Shown: piece after piece, positions 40,470 to 49,636 of the stretch
How positions within the stretch are numbered: the first letter of the stretch is position 1
Layout of the letters: each line of letters starts with the position of its first letter
NCBI GenBank assembly: GCA_001794025.1
Contig: MGJA01000003.1
Location: 76,909-140,908, forward strand
DNA: 64,000 nt
Direction: 5' to 3'
DNA from: Candidatus Yanofskybacteria bacterium RIFCSPHIGHO2_01_FULL_41_21
GTDB lineage: Bacteria > Patescibacteriota > Minisyncoccia > 2-02-FULL-40-12 > GWA2-44-9
The notes under the pieces: model-generated
Seen by the model: only the letters and a program-made list of their open reading frames with translations
Told to the model about the DNA's origin: nothing
The model's database searches: none
Translations under genes and position numbers: made by a program

Positions 40470-41831
40470 ATGAATCTTATTAAAAATAACAAGCTTATTA
40501 TCTTTTTATTTATTTTCGCCGTGGCCACGGGATTATTTTGGAATCAGAAATTATTCGGCCAACCCATTGCTTCAGATCAGCTTATGTATGACGGTATCGC
40601 TCAAGATGTTTTAACCAAAGGGACTTATACGTATCTTGGAGAGGAGACGGAAATAGAACCAGGTTATCCATATTTTCTTGTCGGAATCTATAAGGTCTTT
40701 GGACATAATTACGATACTGTTAGGATTATCCAGATTCTGTTGTTTGCTCTTTTGGTGTGCATCATCTTTATTTTGACGAGAGAACTATTTGGTATCAGAG
40801 TTGCTTTAGGGGCCAGTGTCTTAACGGCTTCGTTTTATGCTTTAGCAAATCAAGCTGGCTTGATCCAAAGGGAAACTCTTTTTACTTTTCTGCTGGTGTC
40901 GTTAGTATTTTGTCTGCATAAAACTAAAAATACCAGATTTAAGTGGTGGATTTTGGCGGGAATAATTTTGGGCCTTGCTACCCTTGTTAAAGGTAGTATG
41001 CAATTATTTCTTGTTCCAGTTATTGGATATATGCTCTATATTTATTGGGGACAAATTTCTTTCAGAAAAATATGTTTCAAGGTGTTGGCTTTAGTGATTG
41101 GATTTTCAGTTATCGTTGGGCCATGGCTGATTAAAGAAAGAATGTTAGGGGGTGAATTTGGTGTAGCACCAAAAGGTGGCGGTTTAGTGTTATCTACGAC
41201 CGGAGTGGCGGAACGATTGTCCCAAAATTACACGGGTAACTTCATTGGGTTTTTCTTGGGTTACTATTTTGCCCAAAAACTCTATCCGGAAATAAATCCC
41301 ATAGCTTTTAGAGACACATCTAAGATGGATGATGGAATTGCTAAGTTAACAAAAGAAGGTAAGAACTTGCGGGAGATTGATGCCATATTTTATCAAGAAG
41401 CAAAGGAATATATCATTCAGAATCCTCAAAAATATATGTATATGGCAGTTTTAAACTTTATCAGTTTGAATAGTCCGATTCTTACTAAGGGTCCATTGTG
41501 GCTGAATGTGACGGCGATTCATCCTATGTTTGCCGATGGACGTCATCCCGAGTCATCCGATTTAGCAAAAACCGTTTTTGCGCTTGGTATCAGGGCTATA
41601 TGGTTTGCCATGTTCTTCTTTGTGGGCTACGGAATTTGGTATCAGAGAAAAAAGTTACACTTACTGGCCTGGATACTGTTGCTGGTTTTATATTTGAACG
41701 TCTTTTACAGTTTGGTCTGGGCTATCCCTCGGTTTGCTTTACCTATGTATCCGTTTTATTTCATCCTTGCTATTGTTGGGTTTTACCAATTCTGGGTCAA
41801 TAATAAGTGGCGCATCTCTGCCTCCTTGTAA
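40470..41831 (+). CDS. GT-C glycosyltransferase (PMT_2/ArnT-like)
   Basis: SDQLMYD, EPGYP, RETL, PRFALP; many TMs. Confidence 0.75.
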   Translation: MNLIKNNKLIIFLFIFAVATGLFWNQKLFGQPIASDQLMYDGIAQDVLTKGTYTYLGEETEIEPGYPYFLVGIYKVFGHNYDTVRIIQILLFALLVCIIFILTRELFGIRVALGASVLTASFYALANQAGLIQRETLFTFLLVSLVFCLHKTKNTRFKWWILAGIILGLATLVKGSMQLFLVPVIGYMLYIYWGQISFRKICFKVLALVIGFSVIVGPWLIKERMLGGEFGVAPKGGGLVLSTTGVAERLSQNYTGNFIGFFLGYYFAQKLYPEINPIAFRDTSKMDDGIAKLTKEGKNLREIDAIFYQEAKEYIIQNPQKYMYMAVLNFISLNSPILTKGPLWLNVTAIHPMFADGRHPESSDLAKTVFALGIRAIWFAMFFFVGYGIWYQRKKLHLLAWILLLVLYLNVFYSLVWAIPRFALPMYPFYFILAIVGFYQFWVNNKWRISASL

Positions 41832-41881
41832 AAAATAGAAAAATGGGGTATATTTTGGGACATAAAAAGCCCTGATTCCTT

Positions 41882-42862
41882 ATGGAAAATAAAGAAAAAA
41901 TTGTTGTTGTTGGATACGGCTGGGTTGGCCAAGCCAATGCTTTAGCGTTGAAGAAAATGGGCTATCCCGTCAATTATTACGACATAACCACTCCCGTAAA
42001 AAATTATTCTGATTACGAAGACATCTATTCTCAAATCAAACCTCTGGGTAGTGTTCTTGAGAAAGATGATGAAAATACTTGGTATATTGTTTGTGTCGGT
42101 GACAAAGTTCTTCCCGATGGAACCCAAGATATTTCAGCCATAGAGAAAGCTCTGGATTCAATTAAGACAGCAAAAGGGAAAGTTGTTTTGCGTTCTACGG
42201 TTTTACCCCGTTCGTTGAAGAATCTTAGATTTGATTGTTATATGCCCGAGTTTCTTCACGAGAAAAAAGGCGTTGAAGAGTGTGTTCAGCCGTATTATTT
42301 TGTTGTCGGAAATAGGAATGTAAAGAAATGGCCGAGCTTTATTAAAAGATGGATGAACAAAACCGATAAGACATTTGAAGGTTCACCGGAACAGGCGTCT
42401 TATATTAAGTATCTTTCCAATATTTGGAACGCGAGTAGAGTGGCTTTGGTAAATGAATTTGGTGATGCAATGCATGGTAATGGGTTGGAGGGACAAAATG
42501 TTGAAGAAGTCATAGATTTTATTTTTAATAAAAGGAATTATCTGAAGTACGGCAAATCGTTTGGGGGACATTGTCTACCAAAAGATATGAACGCTTTTAG
42601 CCAAGATCATAATTCAACACTATTTAAAGCCGTCCTGACATCCAATACCAACCACCAAGAGATTGAGTCCCAACGAAATCTCAAAGAGTGGTTTTCATAT
42701 TGGGATTATCAAGCTACCATCAGTTTCAAAAAGCTATTCTCTATATTATTCAGGAAGTCCCATCCAGTTGAACTGGCCAAGTCAATTAAGATGAAATCCG
42801 AACCCGTTGCTCAACTTCTTATGGCCCCATTCAGAAAGGACAAAAATGAACCAAAAATATAA
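41882..42862 (+). CDS. UDP-glucose/GDP-mannose dehydrogenase family protein (short form)
   Basis: VVGYGWVG, RSTVLP, PEFL, KYLSN, FGGHCLPKD catalytic motif; upstream TTGTAA-17-TATATT (41826-41854). Confidence 0.8.
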   Translation: MENKEKIVVVGYGWVGQANALALKKMGYPVNYYDITTPVKNYSDYEDIYSQIKPLGSVLEKDDENTWYIVCVGDKVLPDGTQDISAIEKALDSIKTAKGKVVLRSTVLPRSLKNLRFDCYMPEFLHEKKGVEECVQPYYFVVGNRNVKKWPSFIKRWMNKTDKTFEGSPEQASYIKYLSNIWNASRVALVNEFGDAMHGNGLEGQNVEEVIDFIFNKRNYLKYGKSFGGHCLPKDMNAFSQDHNSTLFKAVLTSNTNHQEIESQRNLKEWFSYWDYQATISFKKLFSILFRKSHPVELAKSIKMKSEPVAQLLMAPFRKDKNEPKI

Positions 42863-43844
42863 AAAGATATTAATTACCGGCGGGGCGGGGTTTATTGGGT
42901 ACCACTTAGCTAAGAGATTAGCTCAAGAGGGTCACGAGATAGTTATAGCAGATAATTTTTTTCGCAGTGTTCATGATGCCGATTTGGCATCGCTTCTTGA
43001 ACAAAAAAATGTAACTCTTTTTGAAGTTGACCTGACTCAAGGAGAAGCTTGGGATAAAATAGGTATCGGATATGATTTTGTCTACCATCTGGTAGGTATC
43101 AACGGCACGAAATTTTTCTATGATATACCACATGAAGTATTGCGCATCGGGGTTTCCACCACCATGAATGTTTTAGATTGGTTCCATAAGAAAAACGGGA
43201 AGCCAAATGCAAAAATCCTTTATACGTCTTCCAATGAGGCCTATGCGGGGGCGCTGGAGGCCTTCGGCAAACTACCGCTTCCGACTCCAGAAAATGTCCC
43301 GTTGATTATAGCCGATACCTATAATCCCCGCTGGTCGTATGGGGGACAGAAACTAATCGGTGAACTTTTCTTTATCCATTACAGCAAGGCCTATAATTTC
43401 AGGATGTCGATAGTCAGACCCCATAATTTTTACGGACCAAGGGCTGGTTACCAGCATGTTATCCCAGAAATCGTTGGCCGGATAAAAGATAAAGTTGAGC
43501 CCTTCCCCATGTTCGGCGCAGATGAGACACGCTCATTTTGTTATATAGATGACGCGGTTGAGGCCATTCAGACCGTGATGGAATCAGAAAAGACAGATGG
43601 AGGCACATATCACATTGGTACTCACAAGGAGACAGTCATCAAGGAACTTATTGAAAAGATGTTTGAAATAATGCGATGGACACCTAGTAAATTTGATATA
43701 AAAAATTCTCCCGAGGGTAGTGTCAAACGTCGTTTGGCTGATGTTTCCAAAATTAAGATGGATACTGGTTGGGAAGCAAAGACAGAGCTTGAAGATGGTC
43801 TCAAGAAAACAATTGACTGGTACCTGGCCAATCCGAAGAAGTAA
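42846..43844 (+). CDS. NAD-dependent nucleotide-sugar epimerase/dehydratase
   Basis: ITGGAGFIG, TSSNEAY, PRWSYGGQK, RPHNFYGP; ATG 42846. Confidence 0.88.
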   Translation: MNQKYKKILITGGAGFIGYHLAKRLAQEGHEIVIADNFFRSVHDADLASLLEQKNVTLFEVDLTQGEAWDKIGIGYDFVYHLVGINGTKFFYDIPHEVLRIGVSTTMNVLDWFHKKNGKPNAKILYTSSNEAYAGALEAFGKLPLPTPENVPLIIADTYNPRWSYGGQKLIGELFFIHYSKAYNFRMSIVRPHNFYGPRAGYQHVIPEIVGRIKDKVEPFPMFGADETRSFCYIDDAVEAIQTVMESEKTDGGTYHIGTHKETVIKELIEKMFEIMRWTPSKFDIKNSPEGSVKRRLADVSKIKMDTGWEAKTELEDGLKKTIDWYLANPKK

Positions 43845-43846
43845 AA

Positions 43847-44395
43847 ATGATTAAAAAATGGAAAAAATCGGGACCGGAAAAAGTTATACTTGAAAAGTTT
43901 GGTAAATTTTCCAAGAGACAATATTTTGTTGATCCTCGAGACGGGAGCAAGCAGGAATATATATTTGTAGGTGAACAAAATTCAGTCGGTGTTGTCGCTC
44001 TTACAAAAGATAATAAAATAATCCTTACGGAGCAGTTTATGCAAGCTGCCAACGAAGTACTGGTTGAAGTTCCCGCCGGGGTGATTGATAAAGGTGAGAC
44101 CCCATTAATGGCAGTGAAGAGAGAGCTTGAAGAAGAGACAGGTTATGGTTCTAAAAATTTCAAGGAAATCGGAAAATTCATGAGATCAACCAGGAGTATT
44201 CCGACATGTTCGTATTGTTTTTTGGCCACTGATTGCAAAAAGATAAAAAATCCCAAAATTGATAAAGAAGAGGATTTAGGAGTAATAATCAAACCGTTTA
44301 AAAATTGGGTAAAAGAAATTGAAAAAGGTAAAACTCTTGATTGTCTCTCGGTTATCGCCACCTTTTTGGCGGAAAAGCATTTAAAAGATGAATAA
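43847..44395 (+). CDS. NUDIX hydrolase
   Basis: Nudix box PAGVIDKGETPLMAVKRELEEETGY. Confidence 0.9.
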   Translation: MIKKWKKSGPEKVILEKFGKFSKRQYFVDPRDGSKQEYIFVGEQNSVGVVALTKDNKIILTEQFMQAANEVLVEVPAGVIDKGETPLMAVKRELEEETGYGSKNFKEIGKFMRSTRSIPTCSYCFLATDCKKIKNPKIDKEEDLGVIIKPFKNWVKEIEKGKTLDCLSVIATFLAEKHLKDE

Positions 44396-45521
44396 TAAAA
44401 AGTTAAAAATCGGATGCGTGACGTCATCCGTTTCCTATTATGGTGGGTGGGATACTTTATCAAAAGGGATAGTTGGAGCAGTGGCGAAACAGCACGATGT
44501 CATTGCGCTGACTTCGATGGGTTATAAAAACGACCCGGTTCCATATCCTGTTTATTCCGTTTTACCCCATCATTACATTAGTTTCGGTTTGGGTAATCAA
44601 ATCAGCGTCTTTTGGAATTGCATAAAATATTTCAGAGGATGCGATGCTATCCATACTTTCATTGAGCCATTTACGCCCGGGGCGGCATTTGCAAGTAAGG
44701 TGTTAGGTATACCTCTTTTTATCACACTTGCCGGTACGTATTGTGTGATTCCGAAACACGGTGGTCTGCGGGGTTTTGCGAAACGAACGATGATGAAATT
44801 CATGTACAATCAAGCCAGCTTCATCGCCACCGGTTCATACAAAAATATTGAACTTATTGAAGAGGTAATGTCTCTGGATAAAAAATGGGAATTTGTTCCA
44901 TTCGGTGTTGATCCAGAAAAGTTTAAAATAACCAAGACATACGAACCGTCGCCGTATCCATTTTTATTTACCGTCGGTGAAGTAAAAGCCCGTAAGGGTG
45001 CCGATTATATCATTAAGGCCCTGGCGATTCTGAAAGATGAATTTCCAGACCTTAGATATAAAATTGCCGGTAACGATAAAACGAAACCGAGTTTCGTGGC
45101 GGGTCTCAAAAAATTAATCGTTGAAAATGGTCTTGAAAGCCGGGTGGAATTATTGGGCCGAGTGAGCGAAGAAGATTTATTGCGCTACTATAGTACCTGC
45201 ACGGCGTTCGTCTTGGCTGCTCAAACCATAGATGGGGCGTTTGAGGGATTCCCGATGGTGTTCTATGAATCCCATTCTTATGGCGCGCCCCTGATTGCTA
45301 CTAAGGGCTACGGTTCCGAATATGTTATTAAAGACGGCTATAACGGATTTCTCGTTCCCCAAAACAATGTTGAAGAATTAGTTGTGGCAATTCGTAAAAT
45401 TGTCAGCAACCCCGCTCTTCGTAATGAAATGTCTCAACATGCAATTTCCGAAGCTCAAAAGCATTCTTGGGGTGCTATCAGCGTCCAGTATTTGGATGCG
45501 TATCAGAGGCTAATTAAATAG
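44388..45521 (+). CDS. Glycosyltransferase family 4
   Basis: VGEVKARKG, FEGFPMVFYES. Confidence 0.88.
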   Translation: MNNKKLKIGCVTSSVSYYGGWDTLSKGIVGAVAKQHDVIALTSMGYKNDPVPYPVYSVLPHHYISFGLGNQISVFWNCIKYFRGCDAIHTFIEPFTPGAAFASKVLGIPLFITLAGTYCVIPKHGGLRGFAKRTMMKFMYNQASFIATGSYKNIELIEEVMSLDKKWEFVPFGVDPEKFKITKTYEPSPYPFLFTVGEVKARKGADYIIKALAILKDEFPDLRYKIAGNDKTKPSFVAGLKKLIVENGLESRVELLGRVSEEDLLRYYSTCTAFVLAAQTIDGAFEGFPMVFYESHSYGAPLIATKGYGSEYVIKDGYNGFLVPQNNVEELVVAIRKIVSNPALRNEMSQHAISEAQKHSWGAISVQYLDAYQRLIK

Positions 45522-45542
45522 GGGATTTCCAATTGGTTTACA

Positions 45543-45571
45543 TTGACTTAGGGCCTATTTTTAGGTACTAT
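45543..45571 (+). promoter_or_regulatory. Sigma70 promoter, probably leaderless transcript
   Basis: TTGACT-17-TACTAT, with ATG 45580 8 nt after the -10. Confidence 0.65.
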
Positions 45572-45579
45572 CTGATGGC

Positions 45580-46305
45580 ATGTTAGATGAACAAGGAGCG
45601 CAAAATTATTGGGGAAAGCAGGTTGAAAAAGGGGGAATGGAACCCTGTCACTATTTGAATAAATGGCAGGATAAATACGCCTTTGAAATTAGAACATCTG
45701 TTTTTAGAAGAAGTGATTTTCGGGGCCTTAAAAAGATAGTCGATATCGGATGTGGGGTTGGGGACTATACCGCGAAGATGTTCAAGCTTATTGATAGTGA
45801 TGCTCATATAGTTGGTTTTGATTTCCCTTTTAATATTGAAATTGCCCGCAAGAAACATAGGGATTTAAAGAACATTGTTTTCAAAGAAGGTTCGGTACCC
45901 GATGAAAACATTGAGTCGGACATAAAAAGCGCGGATGCGGTTATCATGACCACCGTCTATACCCATTTGACACCAGATTCCCGAGAAATTTTACTGGGCT
46001 ATTTTGAAAAAATGAAATCCGGTGCGAAAATGTTTATTCTGGAATATTTTCCCGAAGTTGTGCCGGAGTTTCAGAAGAATCAAGCCCATAAGATCGTTGA
46101 ATCATCTAAAGAAGTCCAGGTTCGTTTTATAAACCATGGTCTCCAGGTATTAGAAGTCCGTCCCGTTAATTATATTGATAGTTTCCTGTTCTTCCATTGG
46201 GGTAAAAATTGGTTCGTGTATTTTATAACCAAATGGCTGGATAATTTTGTTAGAGTTTTTAAATATTATCGTTCAAAATACAAGTTAATTATTTTTACAA
46301 GATGA
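45580..46305 (+). CDS. Class I SAM-dependent methyltransferase
   Basis: VDIGCGVG motif I, VYTHL. Confidence 0.8.
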   Translation: MLDEQGAQNYWGKQVEKGGMEPCHYLNKWQDKYAFEIRTSVFRRSDFRGLKKIVDIGCGVGDYTAKMFKLIDSDAHIVGFDFPFNIEIARKKHRDLKNIVFKEGSVPDENIESDIKSADAVIMTTVYTHLTPDSREILLGYFEKMKSGAKMFILEYFPEVVPEFQKNQAHKIVESSKEVQVRFINHGLQVLEVRPVNYIDSFLFFHWGKNWFVYFITKWLDNFVRVFKYYRSKYKLIIFTR

Positions 46306-47402
46306 AAATACAATTTCTATCGCCAAACTTAAATAAAAAAGATATCCAAGAAGCTGTCAAAGTTCTTAAATCGGGCTGGATTACCTATGGGCCGGTGACC
46401 GAAAAATTTGAAGAAATTTTTGCCGGATATGTCGGATCTAAAAAAGCGGTTTTTAATTCCAGTGGCACGGCGGCTCTGCACGTGGCGTTATTGGTAGCTG
46501 GTGTTGGTCCTGGCGATGAAGTCATCACAACTCCTCTTTCATATGTGGCAACCAGCAATGTTATTTTATATGTCGGTGCTACACCCGTATTTGTGGATGT
46601 GGATGCAAAGATGGGTCTTATAGATCTTAATAAAATTAAGGGAGCAATCACATCCAAAACCAAAGCTGTTATCCCGGTCCATTTATATGGCCAGATGGTG
46701 GATATGAAAAAGTTAAAGAAGATCTGTGGTGCTAAAATTAAGATTATTGAAGATTCGGCTCATGCTATTGAATCCGAACGGGATGGCATTAAACCTGGCC
46801 AGTTAAGTTTCGCATCTTGCTTCAGTTTTCATGCCGCAAAAAATATAACTTCCGGAGAAGGCGGAGCAGTTACGGTTAATGATGATAAATTGGCTCACGA
46901 ATTAAAATTATTGTGTGAAGGTGGAGTAGAAAGAACGAGTACGGGAAGGTTCATGACTTTATTGGGATATAAATATTCAGCCACAACTTTCCAGGCGGCG
47001 ATGTTGATTTCTCAGATGAAGCGTATCAATTCCGATTGGAAGAAGAGAAAAATTTTATGGGAACGTTACAAAAAGGGTTTAACTGGAGTTGCGGGTGTTT
47101 CTTTCCCTGAACAAGTACCAAACTCACGGCATGGATATAATATGTTTGTTATTTGGGTTGAACCGACCCGTCGAGATATACTAAGGGAAAAACTTGGTCA
47201 AGCCGGTATTCAAACATCCATTCATTTTAATCCGATTCACTTGGAACCACATTACAAAAAATCATTCGGTTATAAAAAAGGCGATTTTCCGGTTACTGAA
47301 AAACTTGGATTTTCCTCTATTACACTTCCTCTCCACCAAAAACTGACGAAAGAGAATCAAGATTACATAGTAGATAAAATTAAGGAATTATTGGAGGTCT
47401 AA
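46302..47402 (+). CDS. DegT/DnrJ/EryC1/StrS sugar aminotransferase
   Basis: SGTAALH, GDEVIT, PVHLYGQ, EDSAHA, FSFHAAKNITSGEGG. Confidence 0.92.
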   Translation: MKIQFLSPNLNKKDIQEAVKVLKSGWITYGPVTEKFEEIFAGYVGSKKAVFNSSGTAALHVALLVAGVGPGDEVITTPLSYVATSNVILYVGATPVFVDVDAKMGLIDLNKIKGAITSKTKAVIPVHLYGQMVDMKKLKKICGAKIKIIEDSAHAIESERDGIKPGQLSFASCFSFHAAKNITSGEGGAVTVNDDKLAHELKLLCEGGVERTSTGRFMTLLGYKYSATTFQAAMLISQMKRINSDWKKRKILWERYKKGLTGVAGVSFPEQVPNSRHGYNMFVIWVEPTRRDILREKLGQAGIQTSIHFNPIHLEPHYKKSFGYKKGDFPVTEKLGFSSITLPLHQKLTKENQDYIVDKIKELLEV

Positions 47403-47406
47403 ATAT

Positions 47407-48141
47407 ATGGCAAAAAAAATAAGACAACGTATTGTCAATTTTTTTATAGATATCTTAAGTAAACCCTCAATTAGATATCGGTTCCTGTTGCCTTTGTCCA
47501 CGCTAATTTCAAAAAATCCTGATGAAGAGATATTGGAAAAGGCAATGAAATTTGCGGCTCATGTCGGTATAGGTGGGGATTATCTGGAATTTGGTGTTTG
47601 GAAAGGGCGCTCATTTGCTCGGGCGTATCATATGAGAAAATATATTAAAGACGCCAAACTTAACGGTATGAAATTTTATGCCTTTGACTCGTTTCAGGGT
47701 TTACCCGAAATAAAAAATGAACATGACACCAGTTCTTCCGAATTTAAAAAAGGTGATTACGCCTGCGACATAGGAACATTTAGACATAATCTTATCAATA
47801 AAGGTGTTGATCTTAAGGAGGTAACAATTATTCCCGGCTGGTACGAAGAAACTTTGAATGAAGAGACCAAAAATAAGTTGTCTCTTAAAAAAGCGTCAAT
47901 TATTTTTGTTGATTGCGATATTTATGAGTCAGCCGTTTCTGTTCTTAATTTTATAACCGATTATGTGGTAAATGGTACAATTATCATTTTTGATGATTGG
48001 TTTGCTTTCAGTGGCGACCCCGAAAAAGGTGAACAACGGGCTTTTAAAGAATGGTTGGAACGCAATCCAAATATCAAGGCCGTTGAATGGCAAAGAGTAA
48101 ATTGGAAAAGCAATTCGTTTATCTTAAACAAATCCCGTTAG
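47407..48141 (+). CDS. TylF/MycF/NovP-type sugar O-methyltransferase
   Basis: GDYLEFGVWKG, FDSFQGLP, GWYEETL, VDCDIYES, FDDW. The last codons and TAG stop lie within repeat copy 5. Confidence 0.88.
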   Translation: MAKKIRQRIVNFFIDILSKPSIRYRFLLPLSTLISKNPDEEILEKAMKFAAHVGIGGDYLEFGVWKGRSFARAYHMRKYIKDAKLNGMKFYAFDSFQGLPEIKNEHDTSSSEFKKGDYACDIGTFRHNLINKGVDLKEVTIIPGWYEETLNEETKNKLSLKKASIIFVDCDIYESAVSVLNFITDYVVNGTIIIFDDWFAFSGDPEKGEQRAFKEWLERNPNIKAVEWQRVNWKSNSFILNKSR

Positions 48142-48245
48142 AAATGAACCCTATGGGTATAATAATGAAAATCAATAATATAAAACTGATTGTAACTAGC
48201 CACCACTCCAATATGGTGGACGGTTTGTCACATTTCTAACGGGAT
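48132..48245 (+). mobile_element. 114-bp MITE-like element family A, copy 5
   Basis: atcccgttagaaatg...catttctaacgggat; about 12 substitutions versus copy 2; contains the upstream TAG and overlaps downstream ATG 48244. Confidence 0.85.
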
Positions 48246-49617
48246 GGATAGGCCAACCATATTTTTATCAAATTTTCATCCGTTTGTAACCAAGAATACT
48301 TTAAATTCCGGTGTTTTGGATGCCTTAGCTTCTCAATCTAAGGTTATTATTTTAGTTAGTAAAGAAAAGGAAGAATATTTTAAACAAATCTATGAAAAAG
48401 AAAATATTATTGTTGAGGGGATTAATTTAGACCCGTATATTAAAAGCGGTAAGAATAAAATTTTCATTCGTTTATCGGAATTACTGTTGGATACAAACGT
48501 GACCAGATTCCATCAGATGGAAGCATGCGTAAAAGACGGCAATTGGTTTAAATATTATTTCTTTCGGGCTTTCACAAGGACCTTGAGTCATTTTTTATTA
48601 TTTAAAAAATTAGTCCACGTGCTTGACTTTAAGATTGATAACCCAAAACCTTTCCAAAACATTTTTGAACATTACAAACCGCTGGCGGTTTTTGCGACCG
48701 ATGCTTTCGGGGATCACGATGTTTTTTTACTGAAAAATTCCAAATCTGCCGGAATAAAAACTATAGCTATGGTCCGTTCATGGGATAATACGACATGCCG
48801 TGGCTATCTGCGTTTCGTACCGGATAAACTTATAGTTCATAATGAGGTTATGAAAGCAGAGATGGTTAAATATCACGATATTGATATAGACACTATCAAT
48901 CTTAGTGGTGTGCCTCAATTTGAAAAATATATAGGTCTGAAAGCAAGTCCTAGAGATGAATTTTTTAATAGGATTGGAGCTAATCCGAATAAGCGTATGA
49001 TTTTATTTACGCCGGCCGGACAGTTTTTTATAGATTCCGACTGGCAGATATGCCAAATTCTTAAAGAACTTTATCTTGAGGAAAAGATTCCTCAAGATGT
49101 TCAATTTGTCGTGCGATTGCACCCATTTTTGCCAGTAGATTTATTAAGTTTTGAACCGGATGAAAATTTTATTATTGATGTGCCCGGTCCGGCAAAATTC
49201 AATAAACTGGAGAAAGACAAAAAAGAAGGTGAATTAGACACATTTTTCTTTCAACATATTTATGATTCTATCTATCATGCCTCGCTTGTCATCAATACAA
49301 TATCGTCAATTATTATTGATACGGCTATTTTTGATAAACCATTGATTACGATTAATTTTGACGGTTGGTTAAAAGACCCGCCCTTGCTGAGGAGTATATT
49401 GAAGCGTTGGCGGTTTGAGGAAAACCAGATTAATTGGATGAGTATCGGTTCTACGCGTCTGGCCGGAAGCAAAGAGGAATTGGCGAAATGGATTAATGAG
49501 TATCTTGAGCATCCGGAAATTGATCATGATAAAAGAGAAATTTTCAAACAGAAATACTGTTGGAAATATGACGGGAAATCGGCGGAAAGAATTGCCTCAA
49601 TTGTTCTGAGTAACTAA
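48244..49617 (+). CDS. GT-B protein of CDP-glycerol glycerophosphotransferase-like family, candidate nonulosonate transferase
   Basis: SWDN, GVPQFE, VRLHP, D..IFDKP, YDGKSAER; directly upstream of neuA. Substrate is inference. Confidence 0.6.
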   Translation: MDRPTIFLSNFHPFVTKNTLNSGVLDALASQSKVIILVSKEKEEYFKQIYEKENIIVEGINLDPYIKSGKNKIFIRLSELLLDTNVTRFHQMEACVKDGNWFKYYFFRAFTRTLSHFLLFKKLVHVLDFKIDNPKPFQNIFEHYKPLAVFATDAFGDHDVFLLKNSKSAGIKTIAMVRSWDNTTCRGYLRFVPDKLIVHNEVMKAEMVKYHDIDIDTINLSGVPQFEKYIGLKASPRDEFFNRIGANPNKRMILFTPAGQFFIDSDWQICQILKELYLEEKIPQDVQFVVRLHPFLPVDLLSFEPDENFIIDVPGPAKFNKLEKDKKEGELDTFFFQHIYDSIYHASLVINTISSIIIDTAIFDKPLITINFDGWLKDPPLLRSILKRWRFEENQINWMSIGSTRLAGSKEELAKWINEYLEHPEIDHDKREIFKQKYCWKYDGKSAERIASIVLSN

Positions 49618-49636
49618 AATGTTAATATAATAAAAT

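Noticed and set aside
11680-48245. Repeats as a CRISPR array
   Set aside because: Units are 114 bp, dispersed over kilobases, with no spacer periodicity and no cas genes.
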